Assembly: GCA_029259745.1 (NCBI GenBank)
Contig: JAJDEO010000069.1
Location: forward strand, 129,983-193,982
From: Planctomycetota bacterium
Lineage (GTDB): Bacteria > Planctomycetota > B15-G4
Direction: 5' to 3'
Length of the DNA stretch: 64,000 nucleotides
Below, one piece after another: positions 38,701 to 47,417 of this stretch. How positions within the stretch are numbered: the stretch's first letter is position 1; each line of letters opens with the position of its first letter. The notes below the pieces were generated by a model that searched no databases, was not told the origin of the DNA, and saw only the letters and a program-made list of their open reading frames with translations. The position numbers and the translations under genes are program-made.

Positions 38701-40695
38701 CACCTCGAGATCGACCGGCCGGAAGTTCAGGTCGTCGCTGAAGAGGATCGGTTCGATCTCGTCGGCGCCGAAGCCGGCCCCGTCGTCGCGCAGCTGGTAC
38801 TGGAAGATGCCGCGGAAGCCGATGACGTTCGCGATGAGGTACGTGTCGCGGAAGGCCGTCGGCATGTGTCGACTCGACAGGATCTCCGTGGCCGCGGCCG
38901 GGCGACTACGCTGCGGGAAGAACGGTCGGCCGCGCGTGCGCTTGGCCGGGAAGATCGCGTGCCCACTCAGCGGCCCGACGACGTAGTTCTGGTTGCCCGT
39001 CCCATCGGTGACGAAGTCCTGTCCCCAGCGATCGAAAACGTGACCGTGCGGGTTCGCGAAGTTGAACGGCATGTAGCGTTCGACGTGCCAGGTCCGCGGA
39101 TCGAAGCGCCACACACACGCGTTGTTGTTGCGCACGACGCCGTGGACGGTCTCGATCTGTGAGTGGTGGAAGACGCCTTCCTGGAAGTAGAGCGCGCCGT
39201 CGGGGCCGAGCACGAACGAGTTGGCGCCGTGATGCGTGTCGGCGCTGGAGAGACCGTGCAGCACGCGCGTGCGCTCTTCGATGCTCGCACGCCCATCACC
39301 GTCTTGGTCCTTCAAGAAGAACAGGTCGGGCGCCGTGGCCACGAAGACACCGCCGTTCCAGAACTCGATCCCCGTCGGGTTGTGGAGACCTTCGGCGAAC
39401 GGAATGCACGTGTCGGCGCGTCCATCGCCGTCGTGGTCTTCGAGCACGAGGATCGCGTCGAGACCCTGGCCGATCGACGCACCGCCGACGTCCGCGGGCA
39501 ATCCGTGCGGGTACGTCGACCAGACCGCCACCCAGAGTCGCCCGCGCGTGTCGAACGCCATCTGCACGGGGTTGACGAACTCGGGGAACATCGACTCGTC
39601 GGCGAACAGCTCGACACGCAGCCCGCGCGCCGGCGTCATGTCCTCGAGCGCGTCCGTGCCGTCGCGGTAGACGTGCTCGCCGTCGGGTCCGTCACCGGGG
39701 CGATTCGTCTTCACCGGGATCACCGGAGGGACCTCGACCTCGGCCAGCTCCTGGACGACGGCGATGAAGTCTTCCGCCTTGCCGGCCGCCACGAGCCACA
39801 TGTAGCGATCGGCACGCGCGACGTGGGCATCGAGCACATCGAGCTCCCGCTGAAGCACCTCGTAGTTCGTGACGCCGTCGTACTCGAGCGACGAGCGTCC
39901 GCCGTAGACGTTGTAGCCATCGGTCGCGCGATAGCGGTTGAACCACATCGCGTTCTTCAGCCGCACGGCCATGCGCAGCTCGCCATATCGGTCGGACGTC
40001 GGCTGAGGCGTGCCGGCCCCTTCGATCCGCGTGAACAGCGCCTCGGTGAGGAGGCGATGACCGCGCTCGTTGAGGTGGATGCCGTTGATCGTGGTGTGGT
40101 CGGCGGCCGCGAAGTCGTCCGCGAGAAGCGCGGCGAGATCGACGAACGGCAGGCCGCGCTCGTCGGCGAGGGTGTGCATCGCGCGGTTGAAGGGCGCGAG
40201 GCGCGTCGTGTGGTCGAGCGCCGTCGGCACCAGCGGGCTTTCAGCGTCCTCGGCGGCACAGGGGCCGACGAGCAGCACGCGACGCGTCGGAACGCCGTCG
40301 TCGTCCGCGGCCTCGAGCATCGTCAGCCACGTCGCCAAGTCACGCCGGAAGTCGGCGGGCGAGCCCTCGAAACTCTCCGCGAACCCCACGAACGCCAGCA
40401 CGACCGACGCACCGACGCGTCGCAGCCACTCCTCCTGGGAGCCGAAGCCGTCTGTGCGCTGACCGCCGCGCACGCCGTCACCCGAGAAGCCGAGATTGCG
40501 CAGCGACAGACGATGCTCGGGGAACGCCCGATGCAACGCCGTCTCGAACTGTCCGTCGTGTTGCATGCGCTCGGCGAGCGCGTTGCCGACGATCGCGATC
40601 CGATCCCCCGGCTGCAGCACGAGCCGCGCCTCGTCGGGTTCGGCAGCCACGAGCGGGACAAGACACGACAACAGCACGAGCGACAGACGAAGCAT
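35773..40695 (-). CDS. giant multidomain PVC-type protein: SGNH/GDSL-like hydrolase, putative membrane-bound dehydrogenase beta-propeller, HEAT repeats, F5/8 type C (discoidin), cupredoxin-like, C-terminal CxxCH cytochrome c domain
   Basis: Listed ORF 35773..41874 is fused upstream to an R-rich wrong-frame stretch. True start is ATG 40695 (MLRLSLVLLSCLVPLVAA signal). Motifs: IAIVGNALAE...RNLGFSGDG; NPTGIEF..HGANSF (propeller); PRVRCEAVVGLSF (HEAT); RYVRVSLAGDQRTLTLAEVQVF...WWELDL (discoidin); MPHNLVV...FVCTVPGHW (cupredoxin); CTLCHAVDG (heme c). Architecture matches Pirellula/Verrucomicrobium-type heme-binding proteins. Confidence 0.8.
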   Translation of the reverse strand: MLRLSLVLLSCLVPLVAAEPDEARLVLQPGDRIAIVGNALAERMQHDGQFETALHRAFPEHRLSLRNLGFSGDGVRGGQRTDGFGSQEEWLRRVGASVVLAFVGFAESFEGSPADFRRDLATWLTMLEAADDDGVPTRRVLLVGPCAAEDAESPLVPTALDHTTRLAPFNRAMHTLADERGLPFVDLAALLADDFAAADHTTINGIHLNERGHRLLTEALFTRIEGAGTPQPTSDRYGELRMAVRLKNAMWFNRYRATDGYNVYGGRSSLEYDGVTNYEVLQRELDVLDAHVARADRYMWLVAAGKAEDFIAVVQELAEVEVPPVIPVKTNRPGDGPDGEHVYRDGTDALEDMTPARGLRVELFADESMFPEFVNPVQMAFDTRGRLWVAVWSTYPHGLPADVGGASIGQGLDAILVLEDHDGDGRADTCIPFAEGLHNPTGIEFWNGGVFVATAPDLFFLKDQDGDGRASIEERTRVLHGLSSADTHHGANSFVLGPDGALYFQEGVFHHSQIETVHGVVRNNNACVWRFDPRTWHVERYMPFNFANPHGHVFDRWGQDFVTDGTGNQNYVVGPLSGHAIFPAKRTRGRPFFPQRSRPAAATEILSSRHMPTAFRDTYLIANVIGFRGIFQYQLRDDGAGFGADEIEPILFSDDLNFRPVDLEVGPDGALYVADWHNAIIGHMQHHLRDPSRDRLHGRIYRVVADGRPLLDPVPIADQPLDVLFENLRTPEDRVRYRTRIELSGRATVDVVVAARRWVESLDANDPEHEHHLLEALWVQQGQTVVDRPLLLRLLDARDSRARAAAVRAVRHMRRLIDDAPELLAKAARDVDPRVRCEAVVGLSFVPTAGAAEAAVSVLSQPMDAFLEDALHQTLVTLDVPWRSALASGEVLCADDPTGLAHLLSMLTTDELARVAPSVVADAERLTRHGLDIVTYRAAAERLADARGESVVEVLLAAIDTADREDEASSHADHLLSDLFATLRDVDAGASAVALTRLAREGQRRSTRRLATAAAIDASDDIESAWSTGLTSAGALTEFLDALAYTTKMSPRATVYDRVAALLDGPPPALATQLGDANAVAGRYVRVSLAGDQRTLTLAEVQVFAAGTNVAPAGSATQSSTNWGGVPSNALDGITSGAWLDGAQTHTLEDQPNPWWELDLGATQRIDRIALWNRTDGPYGRRLDDVVIDVLDGQRRAVAAYQHDGQLGPTMSWTLEPPRLTLRRAAVRALGALDVRVPVTITTLVDRLRDDELRADVVAALRGIDAERWSDANREELERGLFETLAVAKPESYWMTPTGRSVLAFADEWIPRMSSGVVDGFRRLRRTLGPQVFLVRPVHDALLFDRTELVVAAGRPIELVFDNTDIMPHNLVVTAPGALARVGRAAEAMAAEPDAWERAFVPDVPDVIVATGLLSSGQSQTLSFDAPSAPGNYPFVCTVPGHWTRMNGTLRVVAPGDAALDVVDAVAAAEASVMAENCERVFVAEWTLDELRPILDDVPSSSVERGRDVFVDASCTLCHAVDGAGGETGPAIEAGVARWTSNEDLLAQLLDPSAEIAAGYASEIFVLKDGSVVSGRVRAEDDATASVQINPYASTIEEVAVADVDDRWTSQVSAMPEGLLSTFTREEIADLLAYLAAQRK

Positions 40696-40820
40696 CGGCG
40701 CGACCTCGAGTGGAGAGGTCGACCACCTTAGCAGCCGGTTGAAGGACTGCTTCGGATGGGATGGGCGTGCCGGTTGGTTCTGGTCGTGCGCGGAAGATCG
40801 CCGCGGCTTGCCCCGACGCG

Positions 40821-41939
40821 TCAGCCGAAGCGCACGCTGTGGATCGGCGGCAGGTGCGCCGAGATGTGCGTCCAATGGTCGCCCTGGTCTTCGCTCACCC
40901 ACAGCGAACCCGTGGTGCTTCCGAAGGCGAGCACGTCGCCGCTCGCATCGATGTCGAAGGCGTGGCGGAAGACGAGATCGTAGGCGTGCTGCTGCGGCAA
41001 GCCGTTCGTGAGGACGTCGAAGCTCTTGCCGCCGTCGCGCGTGCGCGTGACGACGACCTTGCCGTCCTTCGGATAGCGGGCCTCGTCCTTGACCGCCGGG
41101 ATGAACCAGGCCGTATCGGGGTCGCGCGGATGGACGACGACGGGGAAGCCGAACGTCGACGGGCCGGCCTCGGCGACCTCGTTCCACGAAGCGCAGTCGT
41201 CGGTGGTCTTGAAGATTCCGTTGTGGTGCTGCGCCCAGAACACGTCGGGCGCCGACGGGCTCTGCACGACGCAGTGCGGGTCTTGGGTGTTCGGGTCGCC
41301 GGCGAGTTCGGGCGGCATGTACTCGGCGCGCATCCCGTCGGCGCGCAGCTCCCAGCTCGTGCCGCCGTCGCGCGTCTGCCAGACACCGCCGCACGAGACC
41401 CCCAGCGTGACACGGTCGGCGTCGTCGGGATGCACGCAGACGGAGTGGATGCCGGGCCAGTCGGCGCCGCCGCCGAACCACCCGGGACGCAGCTCGTGGT
41501 ACCAGAGCGACTGGACGAGTTGCCACGTGTCGCCGCGGTCGTCGCTGCGGAAGAGGCCACCGGGGATCGTCCCGCACCAGAGCGTGCCCGGTTGCGCGGG
41601 GCCGCCTGGCGCGAGCGCCCAGATCTTCTTCAACGACCATGGAACCGGGCGCGCGTTGTTCTCGGTTGGCTCGGGCTCGGCGTCTTCGGGCTTGGGCGGG
41701 TAGATGGGCACGCCGACCTCCTCGAACGTGGCGCCACCGTCGGACGAGCGCTGCACCTTGACGCCGAAGTGTCCGTGATCGAGGGCGGCGTAGACGTCGC
41801 GCCCTTCGGTGCGCACATCCGACATCGCGAGCGAGACGTTGTCGCCCAGCATCGCGACGTCCGACACGCCCCACCCGTCGCTCCCGCGCGTCACCGTGAA
41901 CAGGCCCTTACGCGAGCCGACGAGAATCCGTGCTGTCAT
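40821..41939 (-). CDS. BNR/Ycf48-like beta-propeller protein (sialidase-fold glycosyl-hydrolase-like)
   Basis: ATG 41939 (MTARILVGSRKGLFTVTRGSDGW...). Repeated SxDxGxTW BNR motifs (SSDGGATFE, SDDRGDTWQ, TRDGGTSWE, TRDGGKSFD, SEDQGDHWT). Confidence 0.75.
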   Translation of the reverse strand: MTARILVGSRKGLFTVTRGSDGWGVSDVAMLGDNVSLAMSDVRTEGRDVYAALDHGHFGVKVQRSSDGGATFEEVGVPIYPPKPEDAEPEPTENNARPVPWSLKKIWALAPGGPAQPGTLWCGTIPGGLFRSDDRGDTWQLVQSLWYHELRPGWFGGGADWPGIHSVCVHPDDADRVTLGVSCGGVWQTRDGGTSWELRADGMRAEYMPPELAGDPNTQDPHCVVQSPSAPDVFWAQHHNGIFKTTDDCASWNEVAEAGPSTFGFPVVVHPRDPDTAWFIPAVKDEARYPKDGKVVVTRTRDGGKSFDVLTNGLPQQHAYDLVFRHAFDIDASGDVLAFGSTTGSLWVSEDQGDHWTHISAHLPPIHSVRFG

Positions 41940-41984
41940 CCGTTCTCTCCCTGATGCGCTTGCGACGCTGGACACTGCTCCGTG

Positions 41985-42254
41985 TCAGCCGCCCGACAAC
42001 GCCTGCATGACGTCGATACGCCCGCCCACCGACACGCCGTCGCCGAGCGTCGCACGATCGCGAATCTGATGTCCATCGACGAACACGATCATGTGCTTTC
42101 GCAGAGCGCCTTGGTCGTCGAGCACGTAACTCCGTGCGCGCGGGGCGTGGCCGAAAACGGCCTCGAGACACTCGCGAACGGTGCGGCCTGTGACCTCGGT
42201 CGGCGGGCACTCCACGTGCCGCTGGATGTTCGCCGTGAACGTCACCGTCACCAT
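41985..42254 (-). CDS. MoaD/ThiS-family ubiquitin-like small protein ending in Gly-Gly
   Basis: MVTVTFTANIQRHV...GHQIRDRATLGDGVSVGGRIDVMQALSGG* is a beta-grasp sulfur-carrier-like protein with C-terminal GG. First of a three-gene minus-strand unit (MoaD-like, BNR propeller, giant heme protein). Confidence 0.65.
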   Translation of the reverse strand: MVTVTFTANIQRHVECPPTEVTGRTVRECLEAVFGHAPRARSYVLDDQGALRKHMIVFVDGHQIRDRATLGDGVSVGGRIDVMQALSGG

Positions 42255-42541
42255 CGTCACTCCTCCGCGTGGCGCTCGGCCGCCCGTCCCTCTGCATCAG
42301 ATCGAGAGCGACGTTAGATCCACTTTGCGCGGACGTCAAACGCGCTCGGTTCGACGCCTGGATCGATCACGACGGTTGCCAGTCCTCCAGCCGGCCATGC
42401 GCAGCGTTTGCCGCCAGAACTGTGTGCCCGCCACGGGTCCCACGCGCGACTCGGCCACGCACAGGTTCGTGTGTGCGGGCGCCACGCCCCTCGGCGTCCC
42501 ACGCCGGGACACCTCGTCGCGAAATCTCGTCCACAGGACAG

Positions 42542-44329
42542 ATGCGCCGAGTGCCGATGCATCAGCACGACACCCTCGATTCGACATCCATGACTTCCCG
42601 GTTCCCAGACCGCATCCGCCCCGACCCGATCACGGTCGTGCCCGCCATCCTCGCCGCCCTGGCGACGCTGGCCGCGATGCCGCTGCTGATCGCCCGCGGC
42701 TGGACGCTCAAGGTGTTCGCCATCCCGATCGCCGAGCGGTTCTTCTCGAGCGATGGCGTGATCAACCCGTCCTCAGAAGTGTTTCTCGAACGACTGCTGA
42801 GCAACCTTGGCTGGATGCTCCTCGTCGTCGCGTGCCTCGTGATGGCCTGGGGGCGACTGGGACGAAGCCTTCCCGCCCAGCTCTCCGAGCACTTGCACGG
42901 CGCCATCAGCGAGACGCGCGCACGCGGCTGGTGGCTCCCCGCGCTGGCCTCCGTGCTGCTCGCCGTCCTGTCCGCGCCATACATGACCCGCGGCTTCGGC
43001 TACGACGAGATCTTCACGACGATTCACTTCATCGACACGGCGTCGTTCTGGGAGACGCTGTCGTCGTACAAGCTCTTCAACAACCACGTGGCCTACTCGC
43101 TGCTCGCGCGCATCGCACGCATGGTCGGCGGCCCGTCGGAGGCCGTCCTGCGTGTTCCGGCGCTGCTGCTCGGCATGACGACGATCGTGGCGACGTGGCG
43201 CGTCGGGCTCGCACTCGTCGGGCGACGTGCCGCCGGGCTGGCCGTGCTGGCCCTGGCCTGCTCGCCTACCATGATCGCCTGGAGCACGTCCGCGCGCGGC
43301 TACACGGGCCTGATGGCCTGCACGTCGTGGGCGCTGCTCGCCTACCTCGAAATCCTACGCGAACGTGGACGGCCGGCGACGCTGCAGCTCACCGTCGCCC
43401 TCGCCGTCGGCGCCTGGTTCCACCTCTACGGCATCCTCGTCGGTCTTGCGATCGGCGCGCACCTCATCTGGATGACACTCACGTCGCCCTCGCACGTCTC
43501 GGCACGGGCCTTCCGCGCATCGTGGTGGTCACTCGTGGGCGCCGGACTCGCGACATTCGTGCTCTACATGCCGGTGCTCCCGCAGCTCCTCTATCACGTC
43601 GCCCAGCGCCGCGCCGGCACCTTCCAGCCCGACTTCCCGATCACCGTGCTCACCGAACTCGTCGGTGCAGTTCCGGGGCCGCTGTTCGTCCTCATCTCCG
43701 TCTTCGCCGCGATCGGCCTCGCATCCGTCCACCGCCTGCAGGGCGCACGAGCCAGCTGCCTCGTCGCGATCTCGCTCTGCCCACTGTTGGTGCTGTGGCT
43801 CGTGATCCAACCGTTCGACCTCTACGGCCGCTTCTTCGCCTACCTCCTGCCGCCCTTCCTGCTGCTCGTCGCGCGCGGCTTGCTCGACGTCACACCGCAG
43901 CGCAGCACGGTCCTCGCCGGCATCATCTTCCTCTGGCCGATGGGCGAGTGGCTGGAGCGGGCCGAGAGCACGATCGTCGAGGAGGGCTATCGCGGCGCCG
44001 CGAGCGCTGTCTCGGGAACGGCACACCACGACCTGACCGTGAAGCTCAGGCCCGCGAACGCGCAGACGACCATCGTCGCGATCGGCGGCGGTGCCGAGTT
44101 GTTCGACTACTACTGCGACAGGCCTGTCGTCGTTCCGAACGACTACATCAGCTTCCTGGAGGTCGCGGCCGGAGCGCGCGAGATGCGCTGCCTCTACCGC
44201 CCGACGTCTTGGCAGAGCGACGACCACGACGCGATCTCCCTCTGGTTCGAGACGCACGGGCGCCGGTTCGATTTCGGGAACGTGTGCGTCTACGTCTGGG
44301 CCCGGACGGACGACTTCGCGGCGCACTGA
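42542..44329 (+). CDS. GT39/PMT_2-like (ArnT/dolichyl-phosphate-mannose mannosyltransferase-like) polytopic membrane glycosyltransferase
   Basis: Real part of ORF 42269..44329. 10+ TM helices and the GT-C family pattern (RVPALLLGMTTIVATW...YTGLMACTSWALLAYL). Start uncertain; ATG 42542, 42557 and 42590 are all possible. Confidence 0.65.
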   Translation: MRRVPMHQHDTLDSTSMTSRFPDRIRPDPITVVPAILAALATLAAMPLLIARGWTLKVFAIPIAERFFSSDGVINPSSEVFLERLLSNLGWMLLVVACLVMAWGRLGRSLPAQLSEHLHGAISETRARGWWLPALASVLLAVLSAPYMTRGFGYDEIFTTIHFIDTASFWETLSSYKLFNNHVAYSLLARIARMVGGPSEAVLRVPALLLGMTTIVATWRVGLALVGRRAAGLAVLALACSPTMIAWSTSARGYTGLMACTSWALLAYLEILRERGRPATLQLTVALAVGAWFHLYGILVGLAIGAHLIWMTLTSPSHVSARAFRASWWSLVGAGLATFVLYMPVLPQLLYHVAQRRAGTFQPDFPITVLTELVGAVPGPLFVLISVFAAIGLASVHRLQGARASCLVAISLCPLLVLWLVIQPFDLYGRFFAYLLPPFLLLVARGLLDVTPQRSTVLAGIIFLWPMGEWLERAESTIVEEGYRGAASAVSGTAHHDLTVKLRPANAQTTIVAIGGGAELFDYYCDRPVVVPNDYISFLEVAAGAREMRCLYRPTSWQSDDHDAISLWFETHGRRFDFGNVCVYVWARTDDFAAH

Positions 44330-44433
44330 ACGGCGAGTCGCGCGCGCCCGCTGGCGCCCGAAGCACGCCTCGTCGCCGCCGCAGTCGGCACACAGACTTG
44401 CACGACCCGCGCGTCAGCCGACACGATGGGCCG

Positions 44434-45513
44434 ATGATCACGACGTCTCTCCACTCGCGCCTGCTCGCCCTCGCCCTGACGACCGCCACCGTCATGTCCT
44501 CGGCAACGGCCTGCACACCGCCCGACCCGGCCAGCCAGCTGCAGGACGACGGAGTCCCCGACGTCGTCCTCGCCCCATCGTCCGTCGCATCCGTCGGCGA
44601 CCAGCAGATCGGCTGGAACGAGCTCGACCGCTACATCTCGACGCTCTACGCACGTCAGCCGATCGGCGACGAGACGCTGCGCCAGATCGTCACCGAGCGC
44701 ATCGTCGAACGCGAAGCGGGACGTCTCGGCCTCGAAATCAGCAACGACGACGTGAGCCTCGGCCTCGCGCGCCTCGACGCCGAAGCCCGCGAGCGCACCG
44801 GTCAAGGCCTGCACGAGTCGCTCGACGCGGCCGTGGCCGACTCCGACCTGCGCGCCGGCATGCGCACGCTGCTCGAACTCGAAGCCATCGTCCGCGCCGA
44901 CAAGCAACTGCCCGAAGGCGAGCCCGTCGACCCGGTCGTCCTCTCGGCCTGGCTCGAGCCGTTCGTCGATTCGGCGGGGATCCAGGAGCGTCCCCTCGAC
45001 GATCCGATCGCCGCGGTGTGGTCGGGCGGCGAGATCACGCGTGAAGAAGTGGGCCGGCGCGTGCGCTCGATCCTCCAGCTCGACGAGCTGCACGGCATCG
45101 TCTCCGAGATGCTCGGCATCGTCGTCGTTCGCAACGAAGCCGCCCGCCGCGGCATCGCCCTCACGCAGACCGCGGCCACCGAGGAGATCCTCGAACGCGA
45201 CGCCCTGCTCAAGCGTCACGAGGAACTCGCCAACACGTCCTACGCCGACTTCATCCAGGCCAGCCAGAAGCGCTCCCTCGCGGAGCTGCTCGCCAGCGAG
45301 AAGTTCGCGACCGAGGTGCTGCTGCGCCTCTTCGTGGAGGATGACTACGACGACGCGGCCGTGCGCGCCTTCCACGACGCCGAGCGCGGCCTGTTCGTCC
45401 AGCGCTACGGCGACCAGCCCTTCGAGGACATCGCGCATCTGGTCCGCAAAGAGCTGCGCGAGCGCGTCTACCGCAAACTCTACGAGGCGGCGACGATCCA
45501 GCGACGCCTTTGA
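44434..45513 (+). CDS. SurA-N-domain periplasmic chaperone-like protein (lipoprotein)
   Basis: ATG 44434. Signal/lipobox MITTSLHSRLLALALTTATVMSSATAC. SurA_N-like helical domain. Lies at the 3' end of spurious ORF 42181..45513. Confidence 0.65.
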   Translation: MITTSLHSRLLALALTTATVMSSATACTPPDPASQLQDDGVPDVVLAPSSVASVGDQQIGWNELDRYISTLYARQPIGDETLRQIVTERIVEREAGRLGLEISNDDVSLGLARLDAEARERTGQGLHESLDAAVADSDLRAGMRTLLELEAIVRADKQLPEGEPVDPVVLSAWLEPFVDSAGIQERPLDDPIAAVWSGGEITREEVGRRVRSILQLDELHGIVSEMLGIVVVRNEAARRGIALTQTAATEEILERDALLKRHEELANTSYADFIQASQKRSLAELLASEKFATEVLLRLFVEDDYDDAAVRAFHDAERGLFVQRYGDQPFEDIAHLVRKELRERVYRKLYEAATIQRRL

Positions 45514-45704
45514 CGCGGCGGGTCCGCCCGGGCTCCTCGGCGCGTCTTCTGGCACCGCGTCTCGCGGTCCTGCAGGTTGGCCCGGCGACCTCGCGACGCC
45601 CCCCGTGAATCATCCGGGCCTAGTGGTCCCCGCGCCAACCGTGCATGATGCGTCTCGGCTGCCTCCCGGCAGCGCTCGCCCCTTCACACGTCCAGAGTCC
45701 AGCG

Positions 45705-46031
45705 ATGTTCATCGGCCAGGTCGTCGGCACCGTGGTGTCCACGATGAAAGACGAGAAGGTCTGCGATCTGCGGCTGCAGATCGTGCGCCAGCTCGACGAG
45801 AACAACGAGGCGCGCGGCGGGTACGTCGTGGCGGCCGATGCGATCGGCGCCGGGCACGGCGACCTCGTGCTCTACGCGCAGGGGTCGAGCGCGCGTCAAA
45901 CCGAGCTCACCGATGGCCGCCCCATCGACGCGGCGATCTTCGCTGTCGTCGACTCTTGGGACGTCGACGGGAAAGTCGTCTATCAGAAGGAAGGTCTCGA
46001 GTCGATCGGCGTCGAGCCGGCCGAGGTCTGA
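45705..46031 (+). CDS. BMC vertex protein, EutN/CcmL/PduN family (BMC-P), paralog 1
   Basis: MFIGQVVGTVVSTMKDEKVCDLRLQIVRQLDE...GAGHGDLVLYAQGSSARQ...DAAIFAVVDSWDV is the canonical PF03319 pattern. Confidence 0.85.
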   Translation: MFIGQVVGTVVSTMKDEKVCDLRLQIVRQLDENNEARGGYVVAADAIGAGHGDLVLYAQGSSARQTELTDGRPIDAAIFAVVDSWDVDGKVVYQKEGLESIGVEPAEV

Positions 46032-46035
46032 GCCC

Positions 46036-46335
46036 ATGTATCTCGCGCGAGTGATCGGGCGCGTCGTCGCCACCCATAAGCTCGAGGGCTTGGTCGGGCA
46101 GAAGTTGCTGCTCGTGCGGCCGCTCGACGAGCAGGGTGACGTGCAGGGGCCCGCCGTCGTCGCGTGCGACGTCGTGCACTCGGGGCTCGGCGACATCGTG
46201 CACGTCGCCGACGGCAAGGAAGCCGCCATGGCGCTCGACGACTCGTTCGTGCCCGTCGACGCAACGATCGTCGGGCACGTCGAACAGTTCGCGCACGACG
46301 GCCAGTTCGCGCACGACGACGAGGCGGCGTCATGA
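46036..46335 (+). CDS. BMC vertex protein, EutN/CcmL family (BMC-P), paralog 2
   Basis: MYLARVIGRVVATHKLEGLVGQKLLLVRPLDEQGD...GLGDIVHVADGKEA...DATIVGHVEQ. C-terminal tandem QFAHDG/QFAHDD repeat. Confidence 0.85.
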   Translation: MYLARVIGRVVATHKLEGLVGQKLLLVRPLDEQGDVQGPAVVACDVVHSGLGDIVHVADGKEAAMALDDSFVPVDATIVGHVEQFAHDGQFAHDDEAAS

Positions 46336-46628
46336 AGCTCGCGCGCGTCATCGGCACGGTCGTCACGCCTGTGCAACACAAGGCCTTCGACGGTCAACGC
46401 CTGCTCGCCGTGCGCCCGATCGAGCCCGACGGTACCGACGCCGCCGACCGCATGTTCGTCGCGATCGATCGCGTCGACGCCGGCGTCGGCGACACGGTGC
46501 TGCTCATGGCCGAGGGGTCGTCCACGCGCGACCTGCTGGGCATGGGCGAGGTGCCGATCCGCTGCTCGATCGTCGGCGTGATCGACGAGATCGAAGTGGC
46601 TGGCGAGACGCTCTACGGACCGGAGTGA
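46332..46628 (+). CDS. BMC vertex protein, EutN/CcmL family (BMC-P), paralog 3
   Basis: MKLARVIGTVVTPVQHKAFDGQRLLAVRPIEPDG...GVGDTVLLMAEGSSTRD...CSIVGVIDEIEV. ATGA overlap with paralog 2. Confidence 0.85.
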   Translation: MKLARVIGTVVTPVQHKAFDGQRLLAVRPIEPDGTDAADRMFVAIDRVDAGVGDTVLLMAEGSSTRDLLGMGEVPIRCSIVGVIDEIEVAGETLYGPE

Positions 46629-46637
46629 CGCCGGGCG

Positions 46638-47417
46638 TCAGCGCGTGCGCTCGAGGGGCTTCTCGACGAACCACGTGCGGCCTTCGCGCTTCAGCGACGC
46701 GCGCAGGGAGACGCCTCGTCGCGGCGAGTACGAGCGCCAGTAACGGTCGAACTCCTCGCCGAGGAAGCCGGAGCCGCCCGAGCTCCGCAGCCGTTGCGTC
46801 GGCGGCTCGACCCCCACGATCGCTGCGCGCGAGACCTCCCACGCGTCGGCGGGCGCGTCTTCATGGAGCAACGCGTCGAAGGCGTCGCGATCATCGTCGA
46901 AGGCAGCATGGATGGCGGACATCGCGACTCGGCGGATCGGGTCAGCTTGCGGAACGACGCGGAATCCACCTGGATTGCGATACGGCCGCACTCTGAGGTC
47001 GGGGACGACCCGCCGCTCTTCGGTCAGCGGGACCACGATCTCGTAGCCCTCCGTCGTGACGACGCCTGCGGCATCCTCGGAGACGTGGCCACGTGACATC
47101 GTCGACATGTCGGCGATCGAGACGACCTCGAGGCTTGCGGCGTAGGCATCGGCGCGCGCGTCGTCGACGAGCAGCTCCTCGAAGGCCGCGCGGTCCGCGT
47201 GGGCCAGGGCCGAGACCGCCGCGTGGGCCGTCTCGAAGCGCAGGTTGTCCTGACGCTCATGCCACGCCGGAAGCACGTACGTGAAGAAGAAGCCGACAAC
47301 CATGGCGGTGGTGAAGACCCGGATCGCAAGAACCGAGCGCCTCGCCGCGCGACGTTTGCGCGCACGCCGGTCGGCGCGCATCTCGGCGAGGTCCGGTCCG
47401 CGCATCTCAGTCGCCAT
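46638..47417 (-). CDS. hypothetical membrane-anchored protein
   Basis: Basic N-terminus then TM (VFTTAMVVGFFFTYVLPAW). Convergent with the BMC-P genes; its start overlaps the upstream gene's stop by 11 nt. Confidence 0.5.
   Translation of the reverse strand: MATEMRGPDLAEMRADRRARKRRAARRSVLAIRVFTTAMVVGFFFTYVLPAWHERQDNLRFETAHAAVSALAHADRAAFEELLVDDARADAYAASLEVVSIADMSTMSRGHVSEDAAGVVTTEGYEIVVPLTEERRVVPDLRVRPYRNPGGFRVVPQADPIRRVAMSAIHAAFDDDRDAFDALLHEDAPADAWEVSRAAIVGVEPPTQRLRSSGGSGFLGEEFDRYWRSYSPRRGVSLRASLKREGRTWFVEKPLERTR

Noticed and set aside
35773-41874. ORF track 2033-aa protein spanning the giant gene and the BNR gene region
   Set aside because: The N-terminal ~390 residues are an R-rich wrong-frame read-through overlapping the separately framed BNR-propeller gene (40821..41939). 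The real start is ATG 40695 with a signal peptide.
42148-42165. ggccgaaaacggcc hairpin
   Set aside because: Lies inside the MoaD-like coding frame (LEAVFGHA), so it is most likely coincidental.
46629-46640. Tiny hairpin tgacgccgggcgtca between convergent BMC-P3 and hypothetical gene
   Set aside because: 5-bp stem only, overlapping both stop codons. Too weak to call a terminator.
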